DNA of 64,000 bases from Lama guanicoe (taxonomy: Eukaryota), in contig MU053881.1 in assembly GCA_013239625.1 (NCBI GenBank), positions 1,488,001 through 1,552,000 on the forward strand, given 5' to 3'. The notes beneath the pieces were generated by a model, which was not told where the DNA came from, searched no databases, and saw only the letters and a program-made list of their open reading frames with translations. Numbering within the stretch: the first letter of the stretch is position 1; each line of letters begins with the position of its first letter. Positions 48,165 to 60,985 of the stretch are shown in pieces. A program made the position numbers and the translations under genes.

Positions 48165-49280
48165 TTTGTTTTTTATAGATTTTTTTTAGAGCAGTTTCAG
48201 GTTCATAGCAAAATTGAGAGGAAGGTACAGAGATTTCCCTTATACCTCCCTCCAGCACAAGCCTGGCTCCTCCATGATCAACGCGCCCACCAGAGCGGTG
48301 CGTGTGGCACAGTGGGTGAGGCCACACTGACACGTCGCTGTCACCCGGAGTCTATGGTGTACCCTTAGGGCTCACTCTGGATACTGTGCATTCCGTGGGT
48401 TTGGGTAAATCTGTGTGTGACACGTGTGACGTTGTAGTAGCACACATGGTGGTCTCACTGCACCGAAGATGCCCTGTGCTCTCCCTGTTCATCCGTCCCT
48501 CTCCCCCAGGCCCTCCCCAACCACTGGCCTTTTTTCACCATCTCCATAGTTTCTCCTTTTCCAGAATGTCATAGCCTTTTCCTATTGGTTTCCTTCACTT
48601 GGTGATAATCATTTAAGTTTCCTCCATGTCTTTTCATGACTTGATAGCTGTTTTTTGTTTTGTTTTGTTTTGTTTTTTGAGCACTGAATAAGATGCCATT
48701 GTCTGGATGTTCCGCTGTTTATTTATCTAGTCACCTACGAAAGGACGTCTTGACTTCTTCCAGGCTTTGGCAGTTATGAATAAAGCTGCTGTAAAGATGC
48801 GTGTGCAGGTTTTTGTGTGGACGTAAGTTTTCAGCTCCTGTATGTCAATACCAAGGAGCGTGACTGCTGGATGGTATGCTGAGTACGTTTAGTTTTGTAA
48901 GAGACCGCCTGTACCATTTTGTGTTCCCTCCAGCCATGAATGCGAGTTCCTGTTTCTCCACATCCTCGCCAGCTTTCGATGTTGTCAGTGCTCTGGACTT
49001 CAGCCATTCTGACAGACGTGCAGCTATGTCTCACTGCTGTTCCAATTTTGCATTTCCCTGATGACAGATGACATGGCGCATCCATCCTTTCATGTGCTTG
49101 TTTGCCGTTTGTATATCTTCTTCAGCGAGATGTCTGTTAAGGTCTTCGGCCCATCTTTCAATTGGATTTTTTGTTTTCTTATTGTTGAGTTAAGAGTTCT
49201 TTATATATTTTGGATAACAGTCATTTATCAGATGTGTCTGGCAAATATTTTCTACCAGTCTGTGGCTCGTCTCATGGTCC
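48165..49280 (-). mobile_element. L1MC1/2-like 3' end
   Basis: ttagagcagtttcaggttcatagcaaaattgagaggaaggtacagagatttccc, followed by ORF2 C-terminal remnant. Confidence 0.88.
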
Positions 49281-49423
49281 ATTTTAAAATGGCTGTTCCA
49301 GATTTTGCCCAGTAGGGAAGTGGGCAAGTCACGTGCTGCAGGGGTAAGTATGTGGCTTTGACTGCTTCTGGCAGTCCCTAAGGCGTGCATCTGAGCAAGA
49401 CCAGGATCCATGCCCTGATTTCA

Positions 49424-50414
49424 TAAACATTTATTTTTTTATTGAAGTGTAGTCACTTTACCGTGTTGTGTCAATTTCTGGTATACAGCACATTGTTTCC
49501 GTCATGCGTGAACACACATGTATTTGGTTTCATATTCTTTTTCACCGTGAGCTACTGCAAGATATCGAATATAGTTCCCTGTGCCATACAGTATACATTT
49601 GTTTATCATTTTATGTATGTATCTATCAGTATCTGCAAATCTTGAACTCCCAGTTTATCCCTTCCCACCCCCTTCCCCACTGGTAACCATAAGTTTGTTT
49701 TCTATGTCTATGAGTCTGTTTCTGTTTTACAGATAAGTTCATTTGTCTTTTTTTTTTTCAGATTCTACATATCAGTGCTATCATATGGTATTTTTCTTTC
49801 TCTTTCTGGCTGGCTTCACTTAGAATGGCGATCTCCTGTTCCATCCACGTTGCTGCAAATGGCATTATGTTATTTTCTTTTATGGCTGAGTAGTATTCCA
49901 TTGTGTAAATATACCACAACTTCTTTATCCAGTCATCTGTCAATGGACATTTAGGCTGTCTCCATGTCTTGGCTATTGTAAATAGTGCTGCTATGAACAT
50001 TGGGGTGCAGGTGTCTTTGTGAATTAAGGTTCCCTCTGGATATATGCCCAGGAGTGGGACTGCTGGATCATATGGTTAAGTCTATTTTTAGTCTTTTGAG
50101 GAGTCTTTTGAGTTTAGTCTTTTGAGTTTTGCACAGTGGCTGCACCAAACTGCATTCCCAGTGAAGGAGGGTTCCCTTTTCTCCACAGCCTCTCCAGCGT
50201 TTGTCATTTGTGGACTTTTGAGCGATGGCCATTCTGGCTGGTGTGAGGTGATGCCTCATTGTAGTTTTGATTTGCGTTTCTCTGATAATTAGTGATATTG
50301 AGCATTTTTTCATGTGCTTATTGATCATTTGTATTTCTTCCTTGGAGAATTGCTTTTTTAGGTCTTCTGCCCATTTTTGGATTGGGTTGTTTGTTTTTTT
50401 CTTATTAAGTTGTA
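49424..50414 (-). mobile_element. Camelid-type L1, 5'-truncated, about 1 kb
   Basis: ORF2 C-terminus ([11 protein letters not shown]...[32 protein letters not shown]); TSD catgccctgatttca 49409-49423 / cacgccctgacttca 50415-50429. Confidence 0.95.
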
Positions 50415-50778
50415 CACGCCCTGACTTCAGCACTGATAGTGACAGCAGATCCAAGTAGGGCCTGTGTCAGCCAGGGTGTGCGTGGGGGCAGGGTGGGACA
50501 TGAGAACACTGTGGCCCCGGCGTTCCTCACGGGGCAGCCGTTAGAAGCAGTATTTATAAATGTGAGTCACTGGACGAGGAGGTGGAGGATGCAGGCTGCA
50601 GAGAGGCACCAGCTCAGCTGAAAACTCTGGGAGTTCATGTGCACAAGGTCACAGACCAGAAAGGAAAGCACTAAGAGTTCCGTGGGGTCGATGGACTTGA
50701 AAGTGAATTTTTCTCCTTTCATGTTTCAGACGATGAATAATGTTCTTATAGATCATTGTTTATAATGACAACTATTTA

Positions 50779-50909
50779 TTTTATTTTTGGAGGGGATGGG
50801 GAGGTAATCAGGTTATTTATTTGTTTATTTAGTGGAGGTACTGGGGATTGAACCCAGGACCTTGTGCACGCTAAGCACGTGCTCTACCCCTGAGCTGTAC
50901 CCTCCCCCC
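50779..50909 (-). mobile_element. Vic-1-like SINE
   Basis: tggaggtactggggattgaacccaggaccttgtgcacgctaagcacgtgctctacccctgagctgtaccctcccc; TSD acaactattta / acaacttttta. Confidence 0.92.
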
Positions 50910-53900
50910 AACAACTTTTTAGTTTCAAACAGCTGATTCCTAAAGCCTCTACTGCTATTCCTGACTCACTAAGCCACGAGTTCTGCAGTGGCATTGAGGG
51001 AAGAGCTGGGAGTGGGAGCCCCCCCGCCTCGGTTGCATCCCGTGCTGTGGACAGAACAGAAGCAAGCATTCTTACCCCTGAGTGGTGGGGCTTCCCTGGA
51101 GGTGTATTCAGGGGAGTGGGGAGTACTTGGGGGGCTGTCTCCTTGCCCTCTGGTCACCTGTGGCCACTGTGATTTCTGGACACAAATCTGTCATGCTTCC
51201 CTCATTGGCCGATATCAAAGCATCTTTCCAAAGAAAAGCTGAGACCAGGTGACAAACCAGACTGTCATTGGAGGCAGGCACTGATGTTGGGCTCCAGTGT
51301 TCTTTAAAATTCCAGTTGGACCCCCTGTAGTTCAGCATGCTTCATCCCAACTCCTCCCAGGCTGCCTGCAGACCCAAACTCAACATTAATTGAGCACCCA
51401 CTGCATGGCAGACACGTGCCAGCCATTTCCACGCTTGATTTTCACCAATCTCAGAGCAGCCCTGGGTGTCACTGTGAATACTCCCGTTTTGCAGATGGGC
51501 AAACTGAGGCAAGCAATGAGACTGGGAAGCAGCACCCCTCTGCACAGTGCTTTAGACCTTACAGATAGTTCCCTGTTTTTCTCCTAGGGTCCTGCCAGGC
51601 ATTCGTTAGTATCGCCATCCTACAGAGGAGGAAGCCAACAGTCAGAAAGAAGCCGGGGCCCCAGGGGAAATCAGTAGTAAGTGGGGATAAACTCAGACCT
51701 TCCCATCTGGATTCCAGTTGTGCCTCTTTCTACCCTGACATCACCTCCTGAGAAGGCAGGGGGTGGCTAGGACCCTTCTTTGGTTTCCTCGAACAAGAGG
51801 GGTCCCCTGGGTTGTTTACTCAAGTCACGAGGGGCGGCATTTGCATACTTGTGACCTCACTGAATCCTCGAAGTGGCCTGGGAGAGCGGGCAGGGGAGAG
51901 ATTACCCTCTGCGTTTGATGGACACAGTGTCTGAAACTCACAGGGTACGTAACCTGCCAGGGTGGCCCGGCTGGCAGTATCAGAACAGGAGCCAGAACTG
52001 TGACCACTCAGGTTTGACTGAAGAATCGCTGTGTTAGGGAAGAAAGTCAAGGACCCTCAGTCCTGGCCGGGAGGACACTGCATGACTGCGAGCGCCCAGG
52101 CAGTTCAGCGGGGTGAACTCGTCCTGGCCCCAGCACTGCCCCCTCTTTATTCAGCTCCAGAGAAGAACATTCAGTGTTCTCTCTCCAACTGATGTGTGCC
52201 TGTTACTGCCTCTCCCAGGGCAGCGGCAGAGCAGGGGACACAGCTGGGACCCGGATCACAGGGTTTTCCCAGAAGCCCCGCTCTTCTGTCTGCGTCCTGG
52301 GGAAGGAGTGTGCACCCTCGGACCCTGGGCGAGTGAGCCAGACATCAGATTCACACGACATGCCCCGCCCAGAGCAGTGGAGCTGCTTTAACAAGTGGTT
52401 TCATAGCCTTTGTTCTGGAGAGTTGCTTTGGCAGGTGACACAGGGGAAGTCACTGTGGGGAAAGGAATGAACGCCCTGTGCTGGAACGAACCTTTGTTTG
52501 CCTGCCGTTGAGGCTGCTCAATCTTGGTCCTGCCCACTGCCTTGGGGCAGGGAGTGGGCAGCATCTTCCTCTAACTCCGTCATCGTCATCGCTGTCCTAG
52601 AGCCGAGGAGAGGGCAGAGGGTTCTAATGTCTAAGTGTTGTGTGACTTTAGGAAAGTCACTTAACTGTGCCAAGCCTCAGTGTCCTCGTGTCAAGTGGGC
52701 TTTTCCCACCTCTTGGTCCTCAGTCCCCCCAGATTATCTGCTCTGTCAGCTACACAGCTCCCCGCACCTACGGGACCACCGAGCTAGAGTGAGGATCAGA
52801 TGAGGGGAGGGAACACGCCAGGGCTCTGCCTCTGTGTTTGTGGTTCCATTTATATGTATACTCATCTAATTTAATTATAAACACTACAAGTGCTATTTCA
52901 TGGGATTATGAGACATTCATTTAAGTGCTTTTCTTGTAATTTCACTCTGACTGCCTCGCTGAAGAACAAGGGGCAAGCAGACATAGAAACACTGAATGTC
53001 CGTGTTCCCAGCATCCTTGGTAACCGTCGGGGTAACGATGGAGGACAGGTCCTGCCCGTCCAGCCTCCCAGGAGCTGTGACTCAGGGCACCTCCTTGATG
53101 GGCCACACCTGGGCGCCGCTGCCTCGGTCTGAGCCATCCACGTGGCCGCTGCCTGCTGCCCCTTTGACCCCTCAGTTCCCAGAGCCCAACATCTTCTCCA
53201 ACTTGGTTTTTGCTTCTAGTTGCTTGGGAGCTCTGTTCCTGTAAAGCCTGGTTTTTTGGTCTTATTTTCAGCAAAAGCACCAGTTGTGGCTTTGGGGCAA
53301 ATGCAGCTGCCTGTGGCAAGAGGCAGGATTGCAGGGAGACTGTAGGGAGGGGGCCCTCCGTACCTGGAAGGTGCCGGTCAGTGCCTGGGGACTCCCTTCA
53401 GACACCGTTTTCCTGGTGCAGAGCCGTGGGCTGCCCTCTCTCAGAGCCCAAGGAGCCACGCATTATTTAAATGCTTTGTGCTTCTGAATCATGATGGAGA
53501 CGTGGACACGGGAGTAGCTGGCTTTTTATACAGCCTTCGGACTAGGGGGGCTCGGAGAGCCCCAAGATCAAGCCCAGGTCCTCACCGTACAGGAGGAGAG
53601 ACTGAGGCCCGGCGGGAAGGGGCGAGTCCGCGCTCACCCACAAGGAGCGGGCAGTGCAGGACGAGCCCCTGGCCACCCGGCCGCGGGCTCCCCACTGCAC
53701 TGTGCCTCCGACTCCCTCCCTGTCTGTCCTGCTAAGGCAGCGAGTCCCGCATCCTACTAACAAAGGGCAGCAGGTGGGGGCCCTGCGCAAAACTGTGACG
53801 CCAGGAGAGGGGTCGCCTCCCGCTGGGACATTTCACCCATCATCCGACTCAGCTCCCGGAGCAGACGTAACTATCTCCATTTTATGGAGGAGGAAAACAA

Positions 53901-56009
53901 AACTCAGAGAGGCTGAGTGACCTTAGCAAGACCACACAGCTGGCGTCAAGGCTTGGAAACCCAGGCCCCTCCAGGGGAGCCCAGTGTCCGTTCAGCTGAC
54001 TCTCCAACATGTTTGTTCTTCTCCTATAGAGAAACATTTTTAGGGCAAGCGGTACCTCCCAGATCTTGCCTGTTGTCGCTGCTAATTTACTTCAAAAATG
54101 GTTTCGGTTACACTGGGAATTTTTAACACTTACAGAACCTCTTTCCCAGCCTGATTCATTTATTCAGAGAAACTGATAACGAAGGAGCAGAGAAGGAGCA
54201 GATAGCGTTTTAAGCCTCCCAGTAAACAAAGAACCGCAGCCGTCCTTCCCGCGCTGGGTTTCTGGGACCTCCCTCTGGGGAGGGGGTGCTCTGTTTTTAT
54301 TTCTGCGTCCATGGGGGTTTTCCCTGGGAATGGAACTCTGCTGCACATCCTACAGATAAAATGAGAACAACAAAGCTGCCCCCCAGGCCAGCCTGTGCCC
54401 CAGGTGGGAGTGATGACCCCCAAAGGAGCACCAGCGTTTCCTGCAGTTTGGGACATTGTTTGCCCTTTCGAGGCCCAAAGCCCACGCTCCCCTCGTGCTG
54501 GAGCCGAAAGGGAAATAACGTCTCACAACGAGCAGGAAGGAACGAGGCCTCAGTCTGTGAGGCCCTGCGCTGCTCGTCCACCTGCGCGCAGCCCCGCAGG
54601 AGAGGCTTCATATTGTCCCCATTCCACGGGGAGGGAAGACTGAGGAACGCGGCATGATTTCCCTGCAGCAGCATGGCTGTGAGTGATGGACCGGGATATA
54701 CACTCCGCCTCCCTGACAACGGAGTCCTTTGTTCAGCCCTTCCCTTGGGCTGCAAGCAGGGTGGGGAGGAAGGGCTCAGACCTTCCAACCCTGGGGAGTG
54801 GGCTGGTGGGTGGGGGCGGGCGGGGCAGCAGGGCCCAGAGACAGGAGCTGAGTTTGGACCCTGCTGCCTGGTTCAAGTCCAGCTCTGCCTCTTAAAGCCC
54901 TGTGACCTTGAGCTGTGGCTTACCTCCCAGTCCTTTCCTTCTTCATCTACAAGGTGGGATGACAGTAACTGCAGCTACCTCATGGTGGGGCGCAGAAGAA
55001 AGGAGAGAATTCAGGTTAAGGGTGCCCAGCACAGAGCCTGGCACAGACCAGATTTTTCAGTATGTGTTCAGTGTCATTATCCATAACTTCAGCCCTGACA
55101 CTGCGGGGTTGGAAGCTTGCCCCACTCGGCTCTGCTGGTCTCCCCTTGTCCTGGGGCAGTGACCTGTGGTGTAGCCATGGCTGAGCTGGACACAGCTGGC
55201 AATGCCACTCACCTTAAAAACTGGCGCCGAAGCCTAGTTGGAAGCAGGCAAGGAGCAGGCGGCCTGGGGGCACCTGTGTTTGCTTCGGTCATTCTATAAT
55301 TATTGAGCATCTCCTGCGGGTCAGATGTCATTCTGAGCACGAAGTCGTGGCTAAGGCAGGCAGGGTCCTTGCTCTCCTGGGCTTCCATTCGAGAGCAGGG
55401 AGGGAGGGTTAAAATCGGCGGCTTCATGACCTAGTCTTTGCACAATGCCTGGGTCTCTGCGGTCCAGCCAAAACTGAAGCCATGTGGTTTACTATCTCTG
55501 ACTAGGGATTTAGGGCTCGGCTGCCTCCAGAACCGGATAAGCAAAGACTGCTAGATGAGGCTTGTTTTCAGATTTGCTCTCTCTGATGGTCTCTTCGCCA
55601 TCCTGCATCTTGCAAAGGGCTTGGAGGGGACATGAGGTTAGACTCAGCAGCCTGGGTCTCTGTGGGGCTGGAGGACTGGCTGAGAAGTTAGCCAGCTGCC
55701 CAGCACCCAAGCTTCAGGGGGTTAATGGGGTCGGGGGCGGGGGTGTTGAGATAGCAACAGGCCTGACCAGGCAGCCAGGCACAAGCAGCACTCAAGCTGG
55801 AGTCGGGTGTCCAGACGTGGCTGAGACCCACGGCTGAGATGGGCATGGGGCTGGTTCATGAAAGGGGACAACAGGGTCAGGGTCTGACCAGGAGGGCTGA
55901 AATTTCTGTAAGGGCTCCAGTCCATGGAAGAACTTTAAGTGTAATAGGGCGAAAAAGTTGAGGCTGGAGCTCAGACAAGAGAGCTGAGCCAACTTGATAA
56001 TAATTATCA

Positions 56010-56220
56010 TGATGTTACTAATAATAATTATAGCCAACCCTTACCAAGTGCATTAAAGTCTCATACTTGATGTGTTCTATCTCATGCAATCATCACAACC
56101 CCAAGGGAGGTGCTATAATTGTCCACAGTTTACAAAGTATGACATCAAGGCACAGAGAGGGTAAGTAACTGATCCAAGGTCACACAGCTTACTAAGTGGC
56201 AGAGCTGAGATTTGAACCCT
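56010..56220 (-). mobile_element. MIR SINE
   Basis: aggcacagagagggtaagtaactgatccaaggtcacacagct...gtggcagagctgagatttgaaccc. Confidence 0.85.
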
Positions 56221-56990
56221 GTGAGCGCATGGGTGCCATGCCCTCCAGACACAGGGTCCTGCACGCAAGGCTGACGTCCTGCAGTCCGACCCGCTGGCAG
56301 CCTAAGGCTGCTTCCTCAAGGCTGATTCTAGGATTAAGGGGAGGCCTTGCCAGAGAAGCCCAGGACTGAAACATGAAGCTGAATAAATAACAGGCCCTGC
56401 ATAAATGTTTGTTAATTGAACTTGAAGGGAAACATGCGATTTTCCTTGGGCCCAGGTCAGATGTTTTTTGCTGCAGCCTGGTTCAGAATGTCCTTGTTTC
56501 TGTGGGTAGTTTGTGATCTTTATCCTCCTGGTGGAGACAGGCCACATCTGTTCTGCTAATGAAGCCAGTCTCCTCGGCCTGCATGAAGGGGGGCAGCCAG
56601 CGGGCAGGGGCAAAACTACCTATAAAAACCGTCTGATCAGATGCTGGTGTTCCTGGGCTTTTTTTCGAATGTTCCTTTATCGCCAAGGGTTGGATTTCCC
56701 TCTGATACAGACCCCATGGTTTTCTGCCGAATAATGATATCTCGCTGGGGGAATGCGGGGTGGATTAGGGCGGCAGGGCTGTGGTTTTCTCCCAGACGAG
56801 CATCCGGAATGTTGCACGCCTGACTTCCCGCCTCGGCAGTGACTGGAAGCACAGGTTACTACCAGAGAGAGGTCAGACTCCTTACCTGTCAAAATACTGG
56901 CTGTAACTAAAAGGTACACACAGCAGGGAGGCAGCGTTCCCCAGCATCAGTCTGAAGGCAACAGTCAGTACAATCAAGCCCCCAAAGTTA

Positions 56991-57146
56991 GATGTGCGTG
57001 TGTGTTTGAGTGTGTCTGTGAGTGTGTTGTGTGCACGTGTGCATCTGCATCTGTCCGCATTCTTAAGGTGTGCGGGTGCATGTGTATGAGTGTGACTTGT
57101 GCATGCGTGTCTTGTGCATGCGCTGTGTGTGCGTGCGTGTGCATGT
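56991..57146. repeat. Degenerate (TG/CA)-rich low-complexity tract
   Basis: Alternating purine-pyrimidine runs with repeated gtgcatg. Confidence 0.85.
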
Positions 57147-57939
57147 CCAGGAGAGCTGTCCGTCGGGAAGGAGGGGCTCTGCCTTCTTGCCCCACACTCC
57201 AGTAAGCGCAAGTCTCGTGTCAAGACCAAATGCTACTGTTGTGGCGTTAGGAATAATTCGTTCAGCAAGCGCTGCTTGTCGGCAGGACCTGTGCTGGCGC
57301 TTAATCACATGGCATCCCTTACTTCCAAAAACTCATGCACTGATGGGGAAGACTCACACCTCCAGGAAGGACAGGAAATGAATGAGATGAGGGTCATAGG
57401 TCAGGGGGTGACGGGCCTGCATGTTGACAGTCTCCTCACCATCAGCCCCTCCGTGCCTGTCCTCCCCTCCCAGTAATCAGCCCCCTCCCGTCCAGACCCC
57501 GGGTCACCCTCAGCGACACCCACTCCAGATCCAGGTAATCTCCTGCTCAGCTGTGTTATTTAATCTGTCTGAACCTCAAGTGTTCTCATCTGTAAAATGG
57601 GAATGATACTACTGCCAGTTATGAGGATTAAGTGAGAGCTTTAAAACTGGGCCTCATCCTGGTTAATTCTACGCCTGTGTGCATGTGCAACCCACCCATC
57701 TCCTCTAACCCCACTACAGGGTCCTGGTCCAGGCCACAACTCCTTCCTGCACCCACCCTCTCCAGACAGACTACCACCCTGGGGGTCTTCCCTAAGGCAG
57801 ATCTGATCCAGAAACAGAGGGGGAGACAGATGCAGTGGAGCCAGGGGATGAAGCCGAGTGACTTGGCCCCCTGTCACTGGCCCCGGGGGGCCTCCTGAGT
57901 GAGGCTGGTTGCCATGCGGGGTCTGTTTCTTTGCCTGCC

Positions 57940-58055
57940 TCTGAGATTGTAACCCCTCAAGGACAAGGAAGCTCGTCCTCTTCTCTGTATCCAGTGCTTG
58001 ACAAATAATAGGTGCTCAATTTATGTTCAGTGAGTGAATGAATGAATGAGTGAAT
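57940..58055 (+). mobile_element. L2 3' end
   Basis: taggtgctcaatttatgttcagtgagtgaatgaatgaatga. Confidence 0.75.
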
Positions 58056-58839
58056 GGGGGGTCCGGACTGAATGAGGAGAATGGCCTTAAGGTGCTTGAC
58101 GATTTCATGACTTGGCACATTGCCCCTGAAACTCTGTCCCCGGTCCACAGCTGAGGGACCCTGGTGTGCCCTGATCACCTGCCGCCCCTCCACCCACCTG
58201 ATCAGCCAGGATGTCCCCCGGTCCCCGGAAGCTGGCTCCGGCCATGCCCAGCACCCTCCTCTCCTGCAGCCTGGTCCCCTCTGGCAGACGTGCCCTCGAG
58301 GAGCTCACAGTCTAGTTGTCCGCCTCTGTCTCCACGAGGCTGGGAGCTCTCTGCGGGCAAGAGCGTGGCCTTTCTCCTCGGCCTGCCCGTGCCTGGCAGG
58401 AGTCCTGGCTCAGATGTGGCATTGTGGCGTCTGCTGAGCGGCCACCTCACTGACTGCCCACACGGTCCCCTCCCTCTTTGTGGAGACAGAGAAGGGCTCA
58501 GAAGAGAATTATCCTTGAGTTTTCATCCCCAGGACCCTCCCAGCAGCAGGAATCACATCTCACGCCAGCGGGGCATCCATTCGTGATGTATCCGGAAGGA
58601 ACGTCAGGGTATCCTGCCGGCTCTGGAGGGATCACCTGCAGAGGTGAGATCCAGACAGAGCAGGTGCCACGTGGAGGGAGGAGGCAGGCAGGGCAGGCGA
58701 TGCTCCAGGAGGGGCTGGCCCTGGGAGCAAGAGGCTGACAGAACCTGCAGCCTGGGCCCGGAGCACGTGGGGGCACATGCTTGCTTTGGGACGTGCGCCT
58801 CATTCGGAACACATGTTCACTTAGCGTGGTGGCTTTCCC

Positions 58840-59128
58840 AGCTCCGTGGTATACGCTCTTTCTCTGCCTGGAACCCCTTCTCCATCCCCACATAGGCTCA
58901 TAAGACCGTCCTTTCCTGTTATCCCAGACTGAAGAAATCCCCCTGCCTGTGATTCATTACCTCTGGGACTCCCCTCCTGGACGACACTTTGTTGTAATTT
59001 CCTTCCCAGCAAACTAAGGTCCATGAGATCAGAGACCATGTCTGTCTGACCTGCTCCTTTCTCGGGGCCTGGCATCATGCCTGGCACTTCAGTAGAGCCT
59101 CAACAATTGTTTGACGATGAATAAATGG
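58840..59128 (+). mobile_element. L2 3' end
   Basis: actaaggtccatgagatcagagaccatgtctgtctg...tgcctggcacttcagtag...tgaataaatg. Confidence 0.7.
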
Positions 59129-59199
59129 GAGAGAACTATGAGCAGTAAGAACATAAACAATAAATATATAAGAAAGGTTTTCCATGCTTCAAGTTCTGA

Positions 59200-59700
59200 A
59201 CCTGTGTATGAAGGGACTCAATGAATTCAAGGTAAACTGGAAAACTTCACCTAGATTTCATGTGGCAAAGAATTTTAACTTAAAGGGTAAAAATATATAT
59301 ATATATATGTGCCACAAACATTCAAGTGAAGGGAAAAAAAGCTACCATAAACAGGACAGATGACCAATCTCTGCAAAGTATCAAAGCGCAGAACAGCCTC
59401 AAACCTTGCCATAGTTCTAAGGATCAGAAGACAGCGGGGCCGTGGCTATGGAATTTGAGCTGAAAAGGTTATCCTCAAGAATTCCTTGTATAGCTGTGTG
59501 GCCATTCTTGGGTGAAGACTGAAATGACCATCCCCAGAGATGCCGTTTCTCAGGTTCTATATTATTATGTCTAGAAAGCTGCCGCAACATACATGCAATG
59601 AAAGGAGGAAGGGATCAAAAGCAGGGTCTGGACAGGGAAAGCTGTCTGATGGATTTTAAATCAATTAAGAAAATTCAAGGCTATGTGAGACACTTAAAAT
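59200..59700 (+). mobile_element. HAL1 or L1 ORF1-like remnant
   Basis: Weak resemblance to HAL1 (agaagacagcgggg...aagaattccttgtatagc); very diverged. Confidence 0.35.
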
Positions 59701-59849
59701 AATTTAAATTTCAAATCACACGACTGAATACAAAAATCCCAAAACAATTTCTCAAAGGAAGGGTAGGATGCTGAAAGCTGTATAATATACCACTTGAGAT
59801 ATGTGCACTTTTGTGTATGTTACATTTTACTAAAAATCAAAAAAGGACT

Positions 59850-60166
59850 ATAACAGTAGGGGTTGGGGGAAGGGAGGGATGAGTGGCAGCGCACAGAGAA
59901 TTTTTTAAGGCCATGAAAATACTCTGCGTGGTAACACAGGGATGGGTACATGTCTTCATACATTCGTCCAAACCCACAGAATGTACGACACCAAGAATGA
60001 GCGCTCAAGTTAACTGTGGTTAACCAGGTGATCGTGGCTTGTCAGTGTAGGTTCATCCATTGTAGCGAATGTCCCATCGTGCTGGGGGACGTCGGTGATG
60101 ACACCGGCAGTGCGTGATGGGGCCGAGAGCATAAAGCAAATCTCTGTATTCAACCTTCTGCTCAGT
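59850..60166 (+). mobile_element. L1MC-like 3'UTR fragment
   Basis: catacattcgtccaaacccacagaatgtacgacaccaagaatga...tgtcagtgtaggttcatc. Confidence 0.85.
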
Positions 60167-60204
60167 GTGGCTCAGTGTGGGCCCACCTTCTGCTCAGTCC
60201 TGGT

Positions 60205-60615
60205 CGGCATCCAGTTCTTCCATCACCATTTGTCTATTTTTTGCCCCATGACCCCTTGTCAAGAATTAATTGGCCATGGATGTGTGGGTGTATTTCTGAC
60301 TCTCGCTTCTGTTCCTTCGGTCCACGTGTTTTTTTCTTATGCCAGTACCACGCTGCTGTGTTAGTGTAGCTTTGTGGTAAGTTTTGAAATTGGGAAATGT
60401 GAGTCCTCCAACTTTGTTCTTCTTTTTCAATATTTCAGTATTTTGGCTATTTGGGCCCCTTACAATTTCATAGGAATTTGAGGGCTGGTTTTGCTGTTTC
60501 TGGTGGGGAAAAGCCACTGAAATTTTGGTAGAACTTGCACTGAATCTGTAGACTGCTTTGGGGAGTATTACTATCTTAACGATATTAAGTCTTCTTGTCA
60601 ATTAACATGGGACAT
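60205..60615 (-). mobile_element. L1 ORF2 fragment
   Basis: ORF 60266..60601: RLNIVKIVILPKAVYRFSA...ILKKKNKVGGLTFPNFKTYHKA. Confidence 0.88.
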
Positions 60616-60853
60616 GAAGTTATATTTTTTCATATATATATTTTCATTTTTTGTATGTATGAATTATCTACTCATACTCTTTGCCTGATTTTCTAATGAG
60701 TAATTCTGTTTTCATACTGCTTCACATAAGTGGTTTTAACATACAAATGAACTTTTCATCTTAAATAATGTAAATATTTTTTCCAATTTGATGTTAGTCA
60801 CGTGACCTTGTTTATGATGGTTTTTGACATGTACAAGTTCCTTTAAAAAAAAA

Positions 60854-60985
60854 TTTTTAAGAGGGGGCGGTAATTAGTTGGTTTTAGTTAGTTTGTTTGT
60901 TTGTTTGAAGAGAAGTGCTGGAGATTGAACCCAAGACCTCATGCGTGCTAAGCACGTGCTCTACCACTGAGCTGTACCCTCCCCC
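60854..60985 (-). mobile_element. Vic-1-like SINE
   Basis: gattgaacccaagacctcatgcgtgctaagcacgtgctctaccactgagctgtaccctcccc; approximate TSD acaagttccttt / acagtttctttt. Confidence 0.9.

Noticed and set aside
56600..56640. TATA box (tataaaaa 56621-56628) with an upstream GC-rich motif
   Set aside because: No downstream exon or ORF support; such motifs are common by chance.
10674..60985. Further tRNA genes, or a CRISPR-like repeat system, from the recurring gtcctgggttcaatcccc motif
   Set aside because: Copies are dispersed, in both orientations, with tail modules and TSDs, so they are ordinary SINEs; there is no regularly spaced array or cas gene.
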